From Octopus sinensis (taxonomy: Eukaryota), in contig NC_043005.1 in the NCBI RefSeq assembly GCF_006345805.1, positions 72,416,001 to 72,480,000 of the forward strand: 64,000 bases of DNA, read 5' to 3'. The position numbers and the translations under genes are program-made. Shown here one piece after another: positions 24,256 through 38,274 of this stretch. The notes beneath the pieces are model-generated. The model made no database searches and was not told where the DNA came from. It saw only the letters and a program-made list of their open reading frames with translations. The first letter of the stretch is position 1; each line of letters starts with the position of its first letter.

Positions 24256-26009
24256 CAGCAAATCGACCCTCTGTAAGCCTAGTACTTATTTTATCGATCT
24301 CTTTTGCCGAAGGATGAAAAGCAAAGCCAACCTCAGTGGAATTTGAACTCAGTACATGAAGATTGTTGAAATACCACTCAGCATTTTACCCATCATGCCA
24401 ATGATTCTATCAGCTCACCATCTTCCAATCTAATATTATAACTCAGTTTGGGAAACGGTACACTTGATGACATTCTTTCTTTAGACCTTAGAAATTTTCT
24501 TTGAAGATACGATGGGTTCCAAACATATTTAGTAATACATGTATGTATGGCTGTATAATCAACTTCCTGGATTGCTGACTGCATAGTTCTGTAGAAAAAT
24601 TACTGGATGCTAAATTGAAAATAATTATCATAGATATTTAAAAAAATAATTAGAAATTCACAACATATGAAGGCTCTTCCAATACTGATGGCAACCTAGT
24701 TATTTAAAGCAATTCCTCTTGACTAATAAAATTTGCACTGTTTCGTTCATAATTAGATCCTGATGAAGTATTGGAGATAATTTCTTTTTAACTCCTTCAA
24801 TCCTATAATTGCATTACCTTGTGGACAATCATTGCATTTAATTTACTTTCTATATCTGTAAATTGCAATGGTACTCTATAATAGCCACAGATAATAGCAT
24901 CATTTAAATAAAATATTTTTTTTGTTTTTTGTTTTGTCGTATGTTTTATTTTTTGTTCAGAATTAATAGAAATCATGCTATGTTAGGTGCTTATGTTTTG
25001 ACAGCTTTCAAATGAAATGAGAAAATAACAATAATTTTGCATAACTAGAATTATTGAACTGCAAGGAAAATTAAGCAGAAACAGTGATAGTTTTAGCTGT
25101 TCTATTTGATGTTATTTTCATTAATTCACTTAAATGTAGAGCAGGGTTGTTGTTTTTTTTTTTTTTTTGCTTTTTTTTCCATTTTTACAAAGTAGATAAA
25201 ATCCACTTGTTTTAGGCATGGACACAATTAGAAATACTAAGCTGGTAGTGTAACAATGATAAAGCAAGCTTCTCTGATCATTATAGATAAGACAGAAGAT
25301 GTAACAGCCAAAGGTAAACAGCAAGTAATCAACCAATCTTGAAAATATTCAATACCATGTTTTACATCTTCTCTCTCTATATATATCTATGTCTCAGTAA
25401 ATATAAGAATACATCAGAAATATTGTTTTATTAGATCTGTGTGCTATTTTCAACATTTATCCCAGTATGTGATACATGTAGCTAATGGCTCCACTAATTA
25501 GACATTCAGTTTCATTTTTCTGTTTCATGTGACCTTTCAGATATTTTGGGATGCTATAAAGTTATAAAGTTGCTATATTTTAAACAATAAATAGTTAGAT
25601 ATCTTTCAAAAACTGGATAGTTAACCTGTCTCACAAAAATCTAATCAGCCATTCAGTGATACTATAATAGAGATAATGAATTTATTACTTAAAATTTTTC
25701 TTTTAAATTTTGGTTTATTTCTATGTATGTTACTTGTGTGGTTGAAATAAATAGTTCATCGATTGTTTCATGGCAGACAATAGAGATCTGTGAAAATATT
25801 TCTTAATGATTCTAACAGAATAACAACACACACATTTGCAAACATGCATGCACACACACACACATCCGAATAGAAACAAAACCAAATTTTGATATTTTGA
25901 ATGCATTTCATAGATGTGTTTCAAGTAGATAGGTAAAGTATTCCTTATGTAATACTTCTCTGATGAGGCAATGCACTAACCATCGAAGTGGGCCAAACCA
26001 TCTAAGTGG

Positions 26010-27535
26010 GCCACTAGAGGATAACAAAGAATCCTTTCTTAAGCAAACATAGCTTGAGATTGAAAGTGAACTCAACACTTCCATGAGAAAGAGAAGACTG
26101 TGATGGAAGCGAGGGCTATAAAAAAATATAAAGACAAACCCTAAAGCTTTCTGTAGATTTGGAAATGAATCTACTTTAGTACACTACAAGATAGGGCCAC
26201 TGTTTGAAGAAAATGGCTCACAGACTGCAAACCCCAGAGGATAAGTGAAGTACTGAATGTGCAATACAAAGGCATTTTCACAACTCCAATGGGACACTTG
26301 CAAATAACTATGCTTAATGAGTTCTTCAGTAGCAAAACTCTGCACAAAGATTTGGCAACTATTGATTACATTGAAGTAGAGAAAACTGATGTAGTACGAG
26401 CAATTGATGAGATGAGCTTAAATTCAGCCACAGGTCCTGATGGATCCCCAGCAATCCACTTAAAGAAATGCAAAAGGGCTCTTGCAAGGCCAATACAGAT
26501 CCTCTTTCAAAGCTTCCTTGGAAAGGGAGACTTTTCAAGACAGAAGGCAGACAATGGTAGCCAATGAAGATCTCTTCAAGAGGATTGTAATAGAGAGTGG
26601 AATGCATCAGGGATCTGTTTTGCGGCCATGGTTGATTATGGTGGCTTTTTCAAGACAAGCTGTCAGTTAGACAGCCTCACTGTTAGCCAGTGACACAAAA
26701 GTAGTACAAGCGGTCAAGAAACCTTCTGATGCTAAGCTTCTACAGAAAGACCTGGATGCCACATATAAATGGGCTGAAGAAAGCAACATACAATTTTATG
26801 CAAGTAAAATCAAGCTACCAGCTAATCAATACTCACAAGCCAAGCCACAACAACAATACTTTGGACCAAAAGGAGTGGCAATCCTGAAGTCGTGTACAGT
26901 GAGTGATCTCGGGATTGATATGAGCAACGATGCCTTGTTTCATATGCATATCACCAAGATGGGGATAACATGCAGGAAAATGGCTGGATGGATTTTGAAA
27001 GTTTTCAGAACAAGGGACCAGGAAAGTATATTAGTTCCATGAAGAACGTTTGTCCTCAACCATCTAGACTACTGTTCTCAGCTGTGGTCACCCCATATTG
27101 TGAAAATAATAGCAGAACTTGCGGCAGTACTTCATTAGGAAGATTCTGGAGGGGTTGGCACAAAACTTTGGCATCAAGAGCTATAACAGCCCCTGAATAG
27201 GATGCCATGGCATGGTTTCAAAGGACGCAGTCACCCAATCTAGTGTGAGGGCCATGTACTGCAATTATGGGGCCTACAGCTATTTAATACCTTGTCAAAT
27301 ATCTGAGAGATCTGCATGGAGTAAGGGTGGATGATTTCAAGAAACAACTTGACCTCCTGCTGTCCAAGGTCCCAGTTGAGCCTACACCGTAGAAAGAAGC
27401 TCAAAAGAGGGCAGCAATATTGAACTCCCACCTTCACCAAAAGTCAGTCACTTAAGAATGGTCATTAAAAAGGTGATAATACTGGTGGCACCCCAACAAG
27501 GTCACAGCCTTTGGGCTGAAGTGCATATAAAGAAT
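26010..27535 (+). mobile_element. CR1-clade LINE remnant with internal deletion
   Basis: Frameshifted pieces: NPKAF...IGPL, DVVRAIDEMSLNSATGPDG, SGMHQGSVL, DTKVV...LQKDLDATYKWAEE, GLQLFN...FKKQLDLLLSKVPVEP; early RT motifs missing at about 26525; 3' tail at 27484-27535. Confidence 0.9.
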
Positions 27536-27882
27536 ATGTATATATATATTCATAGATATGGATGCATACAAAGTATCAACATTTAGTTAAATCTTTATTC
27601 TGATATTATGTGACTTTTGTCCATAAAATTCCATCCTGTCCTTGCTTTGATAATATGGTTTAAAACAACAACATAGGTGTGGAAGGTTTAACCTGACCTT
27701 GAGTTGAAAAGTTCTGGTAAATTGTATTACATCAAAGCATTCTACTTAGTTTGTCACTATAATTATTTAACATGCATTTTTGAAGCTGGCTTGTGTGTGT
27801 ATGTGTTTATTTATGCATATGTGTGTGTATATATCTATATATCTATCTATCTATCTATCTATCTATATATATATATGTATAT

Positions 27883-27913
<31 letters not shown>

Positions 27914-28173
27914 TATATATATGTATGTATGTATATGTATACACACACATACTTATCTTTGTTGTTCAGATACATACCACTGGTGACTGACTTATTTCTC
28001 TTTGCTTGCATTCATTTCCTTCATGCAAAACACACATGCGTGAACACACACATATACATACATTCATGCATATATATATATATATATTTATACATATATA
28101 TATATATATATGTATAATTATATATCTATCTATCCATCCATATATATATTTGTATATATATGTATGTATATGT

Positions 28174-28236
<63 letters not shown>

Positions 28237-28736
28237 ATATATATGAATCATAAAGGCCTTGTCAAATTTGAGCTTATTAGGAATTCCCAAAATGTATTTG
28301 AACACCAGTATGCTACTAGGGATTACATTCCTGCTGGATTGGAAAGGCATAGTTTATTTTTATTTTTCATTTCTTTCTTTTTAAACAAAAAAGTATTAAA
28401 AAAGGGAGAGAGGAAGAAAGATAGAGAAAAAGAAAGAAAGAAAGAAAGAGAGATAGAGAAACTCTGATGAGTAAATTGAATTGTTTCTTTTCCAGAAAAC
28501 TTCAAATAGCAGAAGGTTCTATTTCCCCACTTCTCCAAATGAATCAGAATTCTATAAATTACCGAATAGAACATAGGGTAGAATTCTTCATGACATATAT
28601 CGATGTATGTCATGGGGAAACTGACTTTTATAACATATATATGTGTGTGTATGTATATATCTGTGTGTATATATATATATGTGTGTTTGTGTGTGTGTGT
28701 ACGTGTATATATATATTATATATATGTATATATATG

Positions 28737-28793
<57 letters not shown>

Positions 28794-28810
28794 GTGTATG
28801 TATATATGTG

Positions 28811-28841
<31 letters not shown>

Positions 28842-29932
28842 TATATATATATACACACACACATATATATATATATATAGACACACACACATTTAGATAC
28901 TACTATATCATATAACTACATTCTCAAATGCATCTGTGTAAATTTACATGTAACTATTAGAAGCTGTGAGCGGAATATGTGCAATAGCTTGGGTTATATA
29001 GCCTTAAAATAAACTACAAGTGTCTTTGTGAAGAGGAATATTTATAACAGTGAATACATGTGTTTTTTCCTCTGTCAAGGTGAATACGTGCGTGTTTGTG
29101 TGTGCTAGAGTCTCTTCATACGCGCATGAATGCTTGGGTTAATGCTTGTATTTTTTTTTTTTGTTTTTCATGAGGAAAGGGTTTGCTTTACCGTTTTTTG
29201 ATATATGTGTTTTGAGTAAATATGATGCAATGAAATACAGGGTATGATTAAAGGAGCTATGATACAGGGTCATAAATATGACACACTCCATGTCAAACCA
29301 TATGTATACCATTTAGTAATGAATCATAACATAAAATATGGTCTTCTCACATGTCACACTATTCTGATATATTCACTATACAAACATATATCTGTGTAGT
29401 CGTTAATCTATCTGCTATGTGTATCACAGCATAACTAGTGACATTTATTCTGGCTTTCTGTATAGTGAGATCAAATCCTGGAGTAGGCTGAATTTGTCTT
29501 TTATCTTTTCAGAGTCAATAAAATTATTAATATTCCAGAATAGTTGTTTAGGGAATGTTAGGGGATTGGAAAAGATGCTTTTCAATATTTGTTTTGTCTA
29601 TTTGCGTTTTTTTTGTTAAGACCCCTTCTTGTCACTAGCAAAAATGGTGATGGACTTGGAGAGTTTTTAAGCAAGTGCCCAAATATTTTAGATAGTCACT
29701 CTCAATGCTACAAACCAACTGACAGGAGAGAATGCAAGGGAACATTCAAGTCATCTCTCTTCAATGATTAAAAGATGTGTGACCGAGTGTGTGTGTGTGT
29801 GTGTACATGAAAATTTGAAGCTGGCATTTTATGTGGTAGCTGAAGATTGGCCAGTGCCTTTCTAGAAAAATTGGTGAACAGAACTGAAGAAGCTTGTGTG
29901 TATATGATCAATGTATTCTATAAATTTTACTA

Positions 29933-30105
29933 TAGGCATAGGAGTGGCTGTGTGGTAAGTAGTTTGCTTACCAACCACATGGTTCTGGGTTCAGTCCCAC
30001 TGCATGGCACCTTGGGCAAGTGTCTTCTACTATAGCCTTGGGGCGACAAAAGCCTTGTGAGTGGATTTGGTAGATGGAAACTGAAAGAAGCTCATTGTAT
30101 ATATG

Positions 30106-30136
<31 letters not shown>

Positions 30137-30350
30137 GTGTATATGTTTGTGTGTCTGTGTTTGTCCCCCAACATCACTTGACAACCGATGCTAGTGTGCT
30201 TACGTCCCCATAACTTAGCGGTTCGGCAAAATAGACCAATAGAATAAGTACTAGCCTTACAAAGAATAAGTCCTGGAATCAATTTGCTTGACTAAAGGTA
30301 GTGCTCCAGCATGGCCACAGCCAAATGACTGAAACAAGCAAAAGAGTAAA
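29933..30350 (+). mobile_element. Full-length CORE-like SINE, family B
   Basis: GGAGTGGCTGTGTGG head, GGTTCAGTCC B-box, GGCACCTTGGGCAAGTGTC core resembling the MIR/CORE block. Confidence 0.9.
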
Positions 30351-30479
30351 ATTGAAAGTTGTAAGCATTAGGACTTCAATTGCTATGTTGGACAGATGAG
30401 TACAAAACTCTCTTATAGGCTCACCAAGCATTTACAGTAAGGAGCTATTGCAAATCATTATACTCCACACCATTTTTTG

Positions 30480-31003
30480 TTAATTGTAGAGGGAACGTGT
30501 GAAAGAGATACACCCAGGAAGATATGGGACAAAGTGGTGAGAAAGGATCAAGAAATGTTGAGGTACAAAGAGGGGATGACAGGGGACCAAGACTCCTGGT
30601 GGTTTGCTGTGCTGGAAATCGCACATTAGACTGTAAAAGTATGATGGCCCTTGCATACAGGCTCATCCCTTGCAAACCCCTTTGCTGTATGCAAGAACAC
30701 TCGATCACCACAATAGAATTGATATCCTAAAACCAAGGACCCATATGAACAGCACTGGTGAGGCTGCTGGTGCCATGTAAAAAGCACTGGTGCTAGTGAC
30801 ACCTAAATAGCACTGATGTTAGTGCCATGTATAAAGCACTGGTGTTGACGCAATGTGAAAAGCACCAAGTACACTCTATAAAGTGGTTGGCATTAGGAAG
30901 GGCACCCAGCCATAGAAACCAAACTGAAATAGAATGTGGAAGCTGGTGCAGCTTCTGTCCTAGCCAGATCTTGTTGAACCAGAAAACAGACATTAAATGT
31001 TGT
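30480..31003 (+). mobile_element. RTE ORF C-terminus plus 3'UTR
   Basis: LIVEGTCERDTPRKIWDKVVRKDQEML...MTGDQDSWWFAVLE matches the RTE C-terminal GRGRPRKTW pattern; UTR with ~23-bp repeats. Confidence 0.8.
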
Positions 31004-31014
31004 AGCTGTTTGTT

Positions 31015-31310
31015 TGTTGAGCGAAGCGATCTCCGTCCCAGAGCTCGCAAGATCGCACCTCTGTAGTGGGAGAAGTCTGAAAAGGAGGTCCTTTGGTATT
31101 CGTAAGACCCGCAGAAGAGAAAGCAGGTCAACCCCCCAACATCGAGAGCATCGACGGATGGATGAATGCGCATCCAGGTTCAGCGGTTGCGTAGGAAGTT
31201 GGGGACAAGAAACAGGAAGAAAGAGTGAGAGAAAGTTGGAGCGAAAGAGTACAACAGGGGTCGCCACCACCCCCTTGCTGGAGCCTCGTGGAGCTTTAGG
31301 CGTGTTGTTG
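31015..31310 (-). mobile_element. OR-type SINE body with a third, distinct 3' half
   Basis: On -: CCTAAAGCTCCACGAGGCTCCAGCAAGGGGGTGGTGGCGACCCCTGTTGTACTC as at 21953, then an unrelated GC-rich tail. Confidence 0.75.
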
Positions 31311-32199
31311 CTGTTCTTGGTGCTGGTTGTGGTGACGATGATGATGATGATGTTTGAGAAACAGGTTGGACAGTTCTCACATTTGGCTGCATGTTGTCTT
31401 TCATCATGCATCTCACATGCGCACACATACAGCAACTCAAAAAAAAACTCTACCATCCATCTTCTTGTCATTCATTATGTTGTTGTTGATTTTTCCTCTT
31501 AGTTTTCTTTGAGGAAACAATTTTCTTTATCCAACTTCTTCACAAGGTTGACTAGGTGCGTTTTCATAATACGCGTCTGGTAGTAGAATTGTTGTCACCA
31601 TCATGACTAACAAGCCTCTGCTACACTACATTGTTCTCTCATCATTCCTACCTTTTCGGTATCGTTTACAGTTTTATACCCTTACAAAAGAGGGAGGGGA
31701 GACAAAAAAAGAGAAAGAAAATACCTGTACACTCATCAAAAATTATACCTGACATTTTTTATTTTTATATTTATTTAAAAAAGAAGATGCTTTTTTTCTC
31801 TCTTGTTTTTACATGTATGCTTTTACAGATATTTTTTTTATTAAAAGTTGTCGATTCCTATACACTTACATACATACACATACATGCACTCACACTCACA
31901 TGCTCATACACATACGTGCAGCATTACACAGGCACACAGCATAACTTAATTGCATGTGCAAAGTCATCGAATTGTATGGTGTAACATTCCAATTAATGTG
32001 TTTTATCACTGCAAACATTGACATAGTATACCCAACAGTAGATTGTAATGCAACAAACAGATCAATAGGAAATACAACAAACTTTTATTGGAACACACAC
32101 ATAAACACAAATCCACATAAATACACACACACACATATATATATATATATATTCATACACATATATATATATTTCTGTTTGCCTGTTTATCTATTGTGT

Positions 32200-32232
<33 letters not shown>

Positions 32233-32298
32233 ATATATGTACTTATGCATGCATGTATACAAGTGTATTTGTGTGTGCATTTGAGTGCAGATCAGTCT

Positions 32299-32345
<47 letters not shown>

Positions 32346-33261
32346 CATACACACATATATATATTTCTGTTTGCCTGTTTGTCTATTGTTTTATATATAT
32401 GTATGTATGTGTATATATGAACTTATGTATGCATGTATGTATTTATGTATTTGTGTGTGTGTTTGAGTGCAGATCAGTCTATATTATTTATCGTGGTACA
32501 ATAGCGATTGCTATTTTATTCAGAGACAGACAGACAGACAGTTTTTTTTATTTAGTACCATTTTATTGTAAACAATATACTTATACTCATGGCAATTTAA
32601 AACTCTTTAGAAACGCTTGCAATTAATTGCTGTATATATAATCAACAATGAGCCCTAGATCAGTGCTTACTCTTTGGACCTTCGATCCAAAAACGTATCA
32701 TTTGATTCTCAGATGCAATGTATTTAAGGGTCTACCATCCCCAGTATATCCTTTCTGTTGTTAGACAATATGATGGACTTTGATAAAGATACAGTTGCTA
32801 TTTTTCACTCATTGATTTATTTACATTGTCATTAGAGAGCGTAGCTGTGTAGAAGTACATTTTTCTTTTGAATTGTGTACCCACTTCAGCAAGTTATTTG
32901 ATGTTTACGTGGAAATATACACACAATCTGGGTATAAAGTAATATTCTAATTATCATGCACTCAAGTAAGTCCACAGCATAATGTTGATATTGATAGCAG
33001 AGTTAAAATGATTATCAGAAGAATTATTTGTTTTGACTGCCTATCTCAAACAATATTTTTGTTTACAATAGTGTTGGTATTAAAATCCAAGGAAACTGCT
33101 CGGAAAAACCATTATGGACATGTTATATTTGTATTTTCCTCTAGAGAAGAAAGTTATCATTACTTCAAGAAAATAGCAATGGAAAAAGGGTTTAGTTTTT
33201 ACCATTAGATATGTTTTCTCCTCTCATTGAATCTGATTGCTTATTATTATTATTTTTATTA

Positions 33262-33328
<67 letters not shown>

Positions 33329-33359
33329 TATTATTATTATTTATTGTTGTTGTTGTTGT

Positions 33360-33575
33360 TGTTTGAGCTAGAAGAATTATTAGCATGCCAAGCAGAATGC
33401 TTAGCAGCATTTTGTCTGTCTTCACACTCTGAGTTCAAATTCACTGAGGTCGACTTTGCTTTTCATCCCTTTCAGGGTCGATAAATTAAGTACCAGTGAA
33501 ACACTGGGGTCGTTGTAATTGATTTACCCCCTCTCCCCAAATTTCAGGCCTTGTGGCTTTAGTAAAAAAGATTAT
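33360..33575 (+). mobile_element. Family A SINE (short-tail variant)
   Basis: GAGGTCGACTTTGCTTTTCATCCC...GATAAATTAAGTACCAG block. Confidence 0.8.
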
Positions 33576-33613
33576 CAATATTATTATCATCATCATCATC
33601 ATAATCATCCTTA

Positions 33614-33644
<31 letters not shown>

Positions 33645-33645
<1 letters not shown>

Positions 33646-34068
33646 GAGTGAGAGAGCAGTTCATGCCATCAAAGTGACACTGGGGTAGAATATACGAAGC
33701 CCAATATACCCATCATGACTACCCGTCTGATAAGGGCACACCAGGCACATGCATCACAACCATATGTGCGTGACATGGTGATTTCATGTCAAGATAAACA
33801 GCGCATGACCTTGCAGGTGGGGCCCAGTTAGAATTTTCTTCAGGTTGAGTAGCCCATCCCACTCAAACGGTCCCTGAATAAGGGTTGTTTAAGGATGTTG
33901 AAAGAACCACCCATGTTTCCAGAGGTGAATTATTCAAACCCCAAAGAATCCTTCTCAACACATGGCTATGATGCTCCCCCACTACTTCTGCTCGTGATCA
34001 GAGATGCACATATCGTCAGCCACTAAGGGACATGCTCAACTGGTTAAGGTCAAACAACTGACAAGCAT
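33645..34068 (+). mobile_element. (TAA)n-associated element, (ATT)n on both sides
   Basis: Homologous to 9247-9700; begins TTGAGTGAGAGAGCAG inside an ATT array and ends in another ATT array. Confidence 0.75.
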
Positions 34069-34114
34069 ATTATTATTATTATTATTATCATTATTATAAT
34101 TATTATTATTATTA

Positions 34115-34154
<40 letters not shown>

Positions 34155-34345
34155 AGGTGGCGAGCTGGCAAAATCATTAGCACACTGGGCAGAATACTTA
34201 ACAGCATTTCATCCGTCTTCTCATTCTGAGTTCAAATTCTCCCAAGGTTCACTTTGTCTTTCATCCTATTAGGGTCAATGATAAAAGTACCAATTGAGTA
34301 CTGGGGTTGATGTAATTGGCTATCCCACCTCACCCAGTTTTAGGT
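34155..34345 (+). mobile_element. Family A SINE
   Basis: AAGGTGGCGAGCTGGCAAAATC head and central block. Confidence 0.75.
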
Positions 34346-34369
34346 CCCGTTCTGCATTTATTTTCATTT

Positions 34370-34406
<37 letters not shown>

Positions 34407-34486
34407 CATCATCATCATCATTGTGGTGAGCTGGCAGAATCATTTGTATGCCAGATAAAAGTATTCAGTGGTATTTCATCCATACT

Positions 34487-34850
34487 CTCTCTCTCTTTAC
34501 TCTTTTACTTGTTTCAGTCATTTGACTGTGGCCATGCTAGAGCACTGCCTTTAGTCGAGCAAATCGACCCCAGTACCTATTCTTTGTAAGCATAGTGCTT
34601 ATTCTATCAGTCTCTTTTATACCGAACCACTAAGTTACAGGGACGTAAACACACCAGCATCGGTTGTCAAGCGATTTTGGGGGAGAGGACAAACACAGAC
34701 ACACAAACATATACACACATACATATATATATACACACGATGGGCTTCTTTCAGTTTTTGTCTGCCAAATCCATTCACAAGGCTTTGGTCGGCCCGAGGC
34801 TATAGTAGAAGGCACTTACTCAAGGTGCCACGCAGTGGGACTGAACCCAG
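34487..34850 (-). mobile_element. Family B SINE
   Basis: Reverse complement, truncated after the B-box. Confidence 0.85.
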
Positions 34851-36699
34851 AATGTATACTCCATCCCATGCTGCTGTGGTAGGTTATACAGAGGCTAAAC
34901 AGTCTGTCTACACCTGATCAAGGCTGGAGCATATATCAGCCAAAACATTGTGTTAACAACAAACTAAATGAGGACAAATATCCATCAAATGTAAATAATG
35001 TTTATAGAATTCCCCATCTCTTAAATATAGAACTCTAATACAAACATTTTGAGAGACCCTTTGTTTATTTTACTTAAAGTTACCCTTAGCTATGGCTACA
35101 ACAATTCAGAGAACCAAATGAATCAGTGGTGACGTGAAATGTGAAATACCATTTCACGTAGATCCAAGATAATATTGAACTGTAGGAAAATATGAGCCAT
35201 GACATTTTGGTATGTAAGTTGTATGAAATAATTAGTAATTAGTGAATAATTAATGAAGAAGAGGTTTATTGAATTATTGTGTGATCATTGATGGTCTGGA
35301 AAAACTATTAATCCATCTAGGCTTTGGTACCAAGGAAACCAACCAGATAAATCAGTGATGTTTTGTGTGTGTGTGAGTGAAAGAGAGAGAGAGAGAGAAA
35401 GAGATGAATAGAAGTATATCAAATGTTATACAGGATAAACTGGTGATATAGTGAAGCCATCTTCTCTTCAAGAGAATAAACAAATGCCTTGTGGTGATTG
35501 TGATTGATTCCAATGTGTGAGAAATGAGATAATCTTAAGAATCAAGGATTCTTCAAAATTGACTTACCTCTAATGAAAACTCAGTCTGATAATCTGGAGA
35601 CAAAAATACAGCTACGGACATGCGTTTCTGCTTCAATAAGTGTTGTCAGCACAGCAGTTGTTCTACCTTGAATCTAAGAGTTGAGAGTTTTAGATATATA
35701 CAAAAAGAAGAAATATTTACGGCTCAGGGCAATTTGCATAATATAAACAAAATTTACTAAGAGAAATAACTCAGAGTGACCAGTAGTATGACTATAAACA
35801 ATAATAATGAATGGACTCACTGAGTTGGCTGGCTGGCTGGTTGGTTTCTTTCTGCAGTTTCCAGCTGCCAAGATCACTTGAAAGCTATTAGCTTGAAGCT
35901 ATGATAAAAGATGCTTTCCACTTACCGGTACTGAAACCGGAACTCTATGCTTGCATATCAAACTTGTTAAACATACAGCTGTACTTTCATTCATTATACG
36001 AATAAAAAAACACTAAGCACAATCTATTAAGCAATATAAAAACAGAAATACTATTTTGTGATCAGAATTTATTGGTGGTTATCAAAGGATTTTGAAAATT
36101 GACTATAAATATATAATGATTGGTGAACGTAAATATTCAATACTATGCTTCAATAGCTGGAGAATCATGTCTGGGAGATAAGCTCTCTGGTGAATAGGTT
36201 TATGAACATTTTCTTATGTAACTTGATCATCTGGCTCTCAAGTGATTTGAACGTCTGTTTGTTGAAATATTTCACTTAAACAGATTTAACAGATGAAGAA
36301 GGCAATTTTATATTGTTGTTGCTTCCAGCAGCTCCTAATGTGTTCAAGAATTGGGGGATGGTATGCATTTTGTATTGAGCACTTGAAGTAGCTTTAAAAA
36401 AATGTGTTGTTTTGTTTTGTTTTGTTTTGGAAGGGTGGGGGTGGGGAGCAGTTAATAGAAATTCTCTGGTGTATTTAATTGTCTTAATGAACATATATTC
36501 ATGTAAGACGACAGACCTCAGACCTTAATTTAGAATTGAAGTGTGACAGCCAAATAATTTACTTCCTGAACATGTCACTCATGGTTGGTATTTTATAGAG
36601 ATTAGTTTTCTTGTATTTGATGCTTTCACCATTTTGTAAAGTTTATTTTGCTCAATGAAAAAAATATACAAGACCATTCTTATATAGCAGAATAATAAA

Positions 36700-37105
36700 A
36701 GGTGACGAGCTGGCAGAAACGTTAGCACGCCGGGTGAAATGTGTAGCCGTATTTCGTCTGCGGTTACGTTCTGAGTTCAAATTCCGCTGAGGTCGACTTT
36801 GCCTTTCATCCTTTCAGGGTTGATAAATTAAGTACCAGTTATGCACTGGGGTCGATATAATCTACTTAATCCGTTTGTCTGTCCTTGTTTGTCCTCTCTG
36901 TGTTTAGGCCGTTGTGGGTAGTAAAGAAATAGAAATAGGTATTTTGTCTGTCTTTATGTTCTGAGTTCAAATTCTACCCAGGTTGACTTTGCCTTTCATC
37001 CTTTTGGGGTTGATAAATTAAGTACCAGTTGTGTAATGGGGTCAATATAATAGACTGGCCCCCGTCCTAAAAATTTCCAACTTTGTGCCTAGAGTAGAAA
37101 AGAAT
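36700..37105 (+). mobile_element. Family A SINE dimer
   Basis: Full copy to about 36930, immediately followed by a 5'-truncated short-tail copy. Confidence 0.8.
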
Positions 37106-37701
37106 AGTAACTGGTAGTTCTGATGGTTTCAGTGTAGTGTTACCTACCATGAAGATGCATAGCTGAGGCAGTGTGTTGTGTCTTTCAGCAAGACACTTTA
37201 TTTCCTGTTTCTCCACTCAACTCAGCCAGCAAAAATGAGTTATACTTCTAAATCAAAGAGTCAGCCTTGTCACATTGAGTCATGCTAAATCTCTGTGAGA
37301 ACTACATTAAGAGTACACAAGTCCGTAGAGTACTCAGCCACTTGCCTGTTAATTTCATGAGCAGGCTAAACCCTTGATTGGATCATCTGGAACCCATATC
37401 ATTGTAGCTGATTGAGGGCCAGTTATTACTTATCATTACTATCATCATCATCATTAGTCTACTTTGCTACAATTGCATAGATTGGGCCTTTTCTTGCATA
37501 CTTATTGAAGTCCATCATCTATCATCATTGTCAGTATTTAGTCATTACCTTCCATATATATTTCGTTTGCAAGATTCTTTATATGAGTTCGTGTGTTGAA
37601 GCATATTCTGTTGTGTCTGGGGAGAGTCATTTTCTTTTTGTGCCTTATAATTTAACACACTCACCAGTAAAATTTCCACTTATTTCTTATTTCTTATATT
37701 C

Positions 37702-37738
37702 CTAAAGTTTTCGTTGCGTCTCGCAACCTTTTCAATAG
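37702..37738 (-). ncRNA. Zero-loop U3-A8 hammerhead-like motif (copy 1)
   Basis: cta-TTGAAAA-G-GTTGCG aga CGCAAC-GAAA-AC-TT|tag. Confidence 0.5.
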
Positions 37739-37830
37739 TCTTGAAATAAGTGGAAATCTTACCGGTGAGTATGTTAAATTATAAAGCACAAAGAGAAAAT
37801 TACTCTCCCCAGACACAACAGCATATATAT

Positions 37831-37876
<46 letters not shown>

Positions 37877-38031
37877 TAACGTACAAAAAAAAACACCTTT
37901 TATCAATTCAAAACGAAAAATTAAATTACACCATCTATATATTATATTTTGTGAAATTTGATTTAGTATTTCTGAATTGAATTTTTCCCTGTAAGTTTGG
38001 AATAATATTCCGTCATATTATTTTTATTATA

Positions 38032-38079
<48 letters not shown>

Positions 38080-38237
38080 TATATATTGTTCTTGGATTTG
38101 GTTTGCAAGATTCTTTATGTGAGTTTGTGTGTTGAAGCATATTCTGTTGTGTCTTGGGAGAGCCATTTTTTTTTGGTGCCTTATAATTTAACACACTCAC
38201 CAGTAAAATTTCCACTTATTTCATATTTTTTATTTTC

Positions 38238-38274
38238 CTAAAATTTTCGTTGTGACCTACAACCTTTTCTATAG
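38238..38274 (-). ncRNA. Zero-loop hammerhead-like motif (copy 2)
   Basis: cta-TAGAAAA-G-GTTGT aggtc ACAAC-GAAA-AT-TT|tag; stem II differs from copy 1 but still pairs. Confidence 0.45.

Noticed and set aside
25954-26012. + strand CTGATGA-GGC...GCC-AAAC hammerhead-like string
   Set aside because: G12 is missing, stems I and III do not pair, and a local duplication is present; counted only as a broken relic
29589-29771. 60-aa ORF with a hydrophobic start
   Set aside because: The hydrophobic part is a T-rich tract; no donor site or homology recognised
32713-32764. CNVFKGLPSPVYP as the missing N-half CUB exon
   Set aside because: In-frame TAG at 32762-32764 and no further CUB motifs
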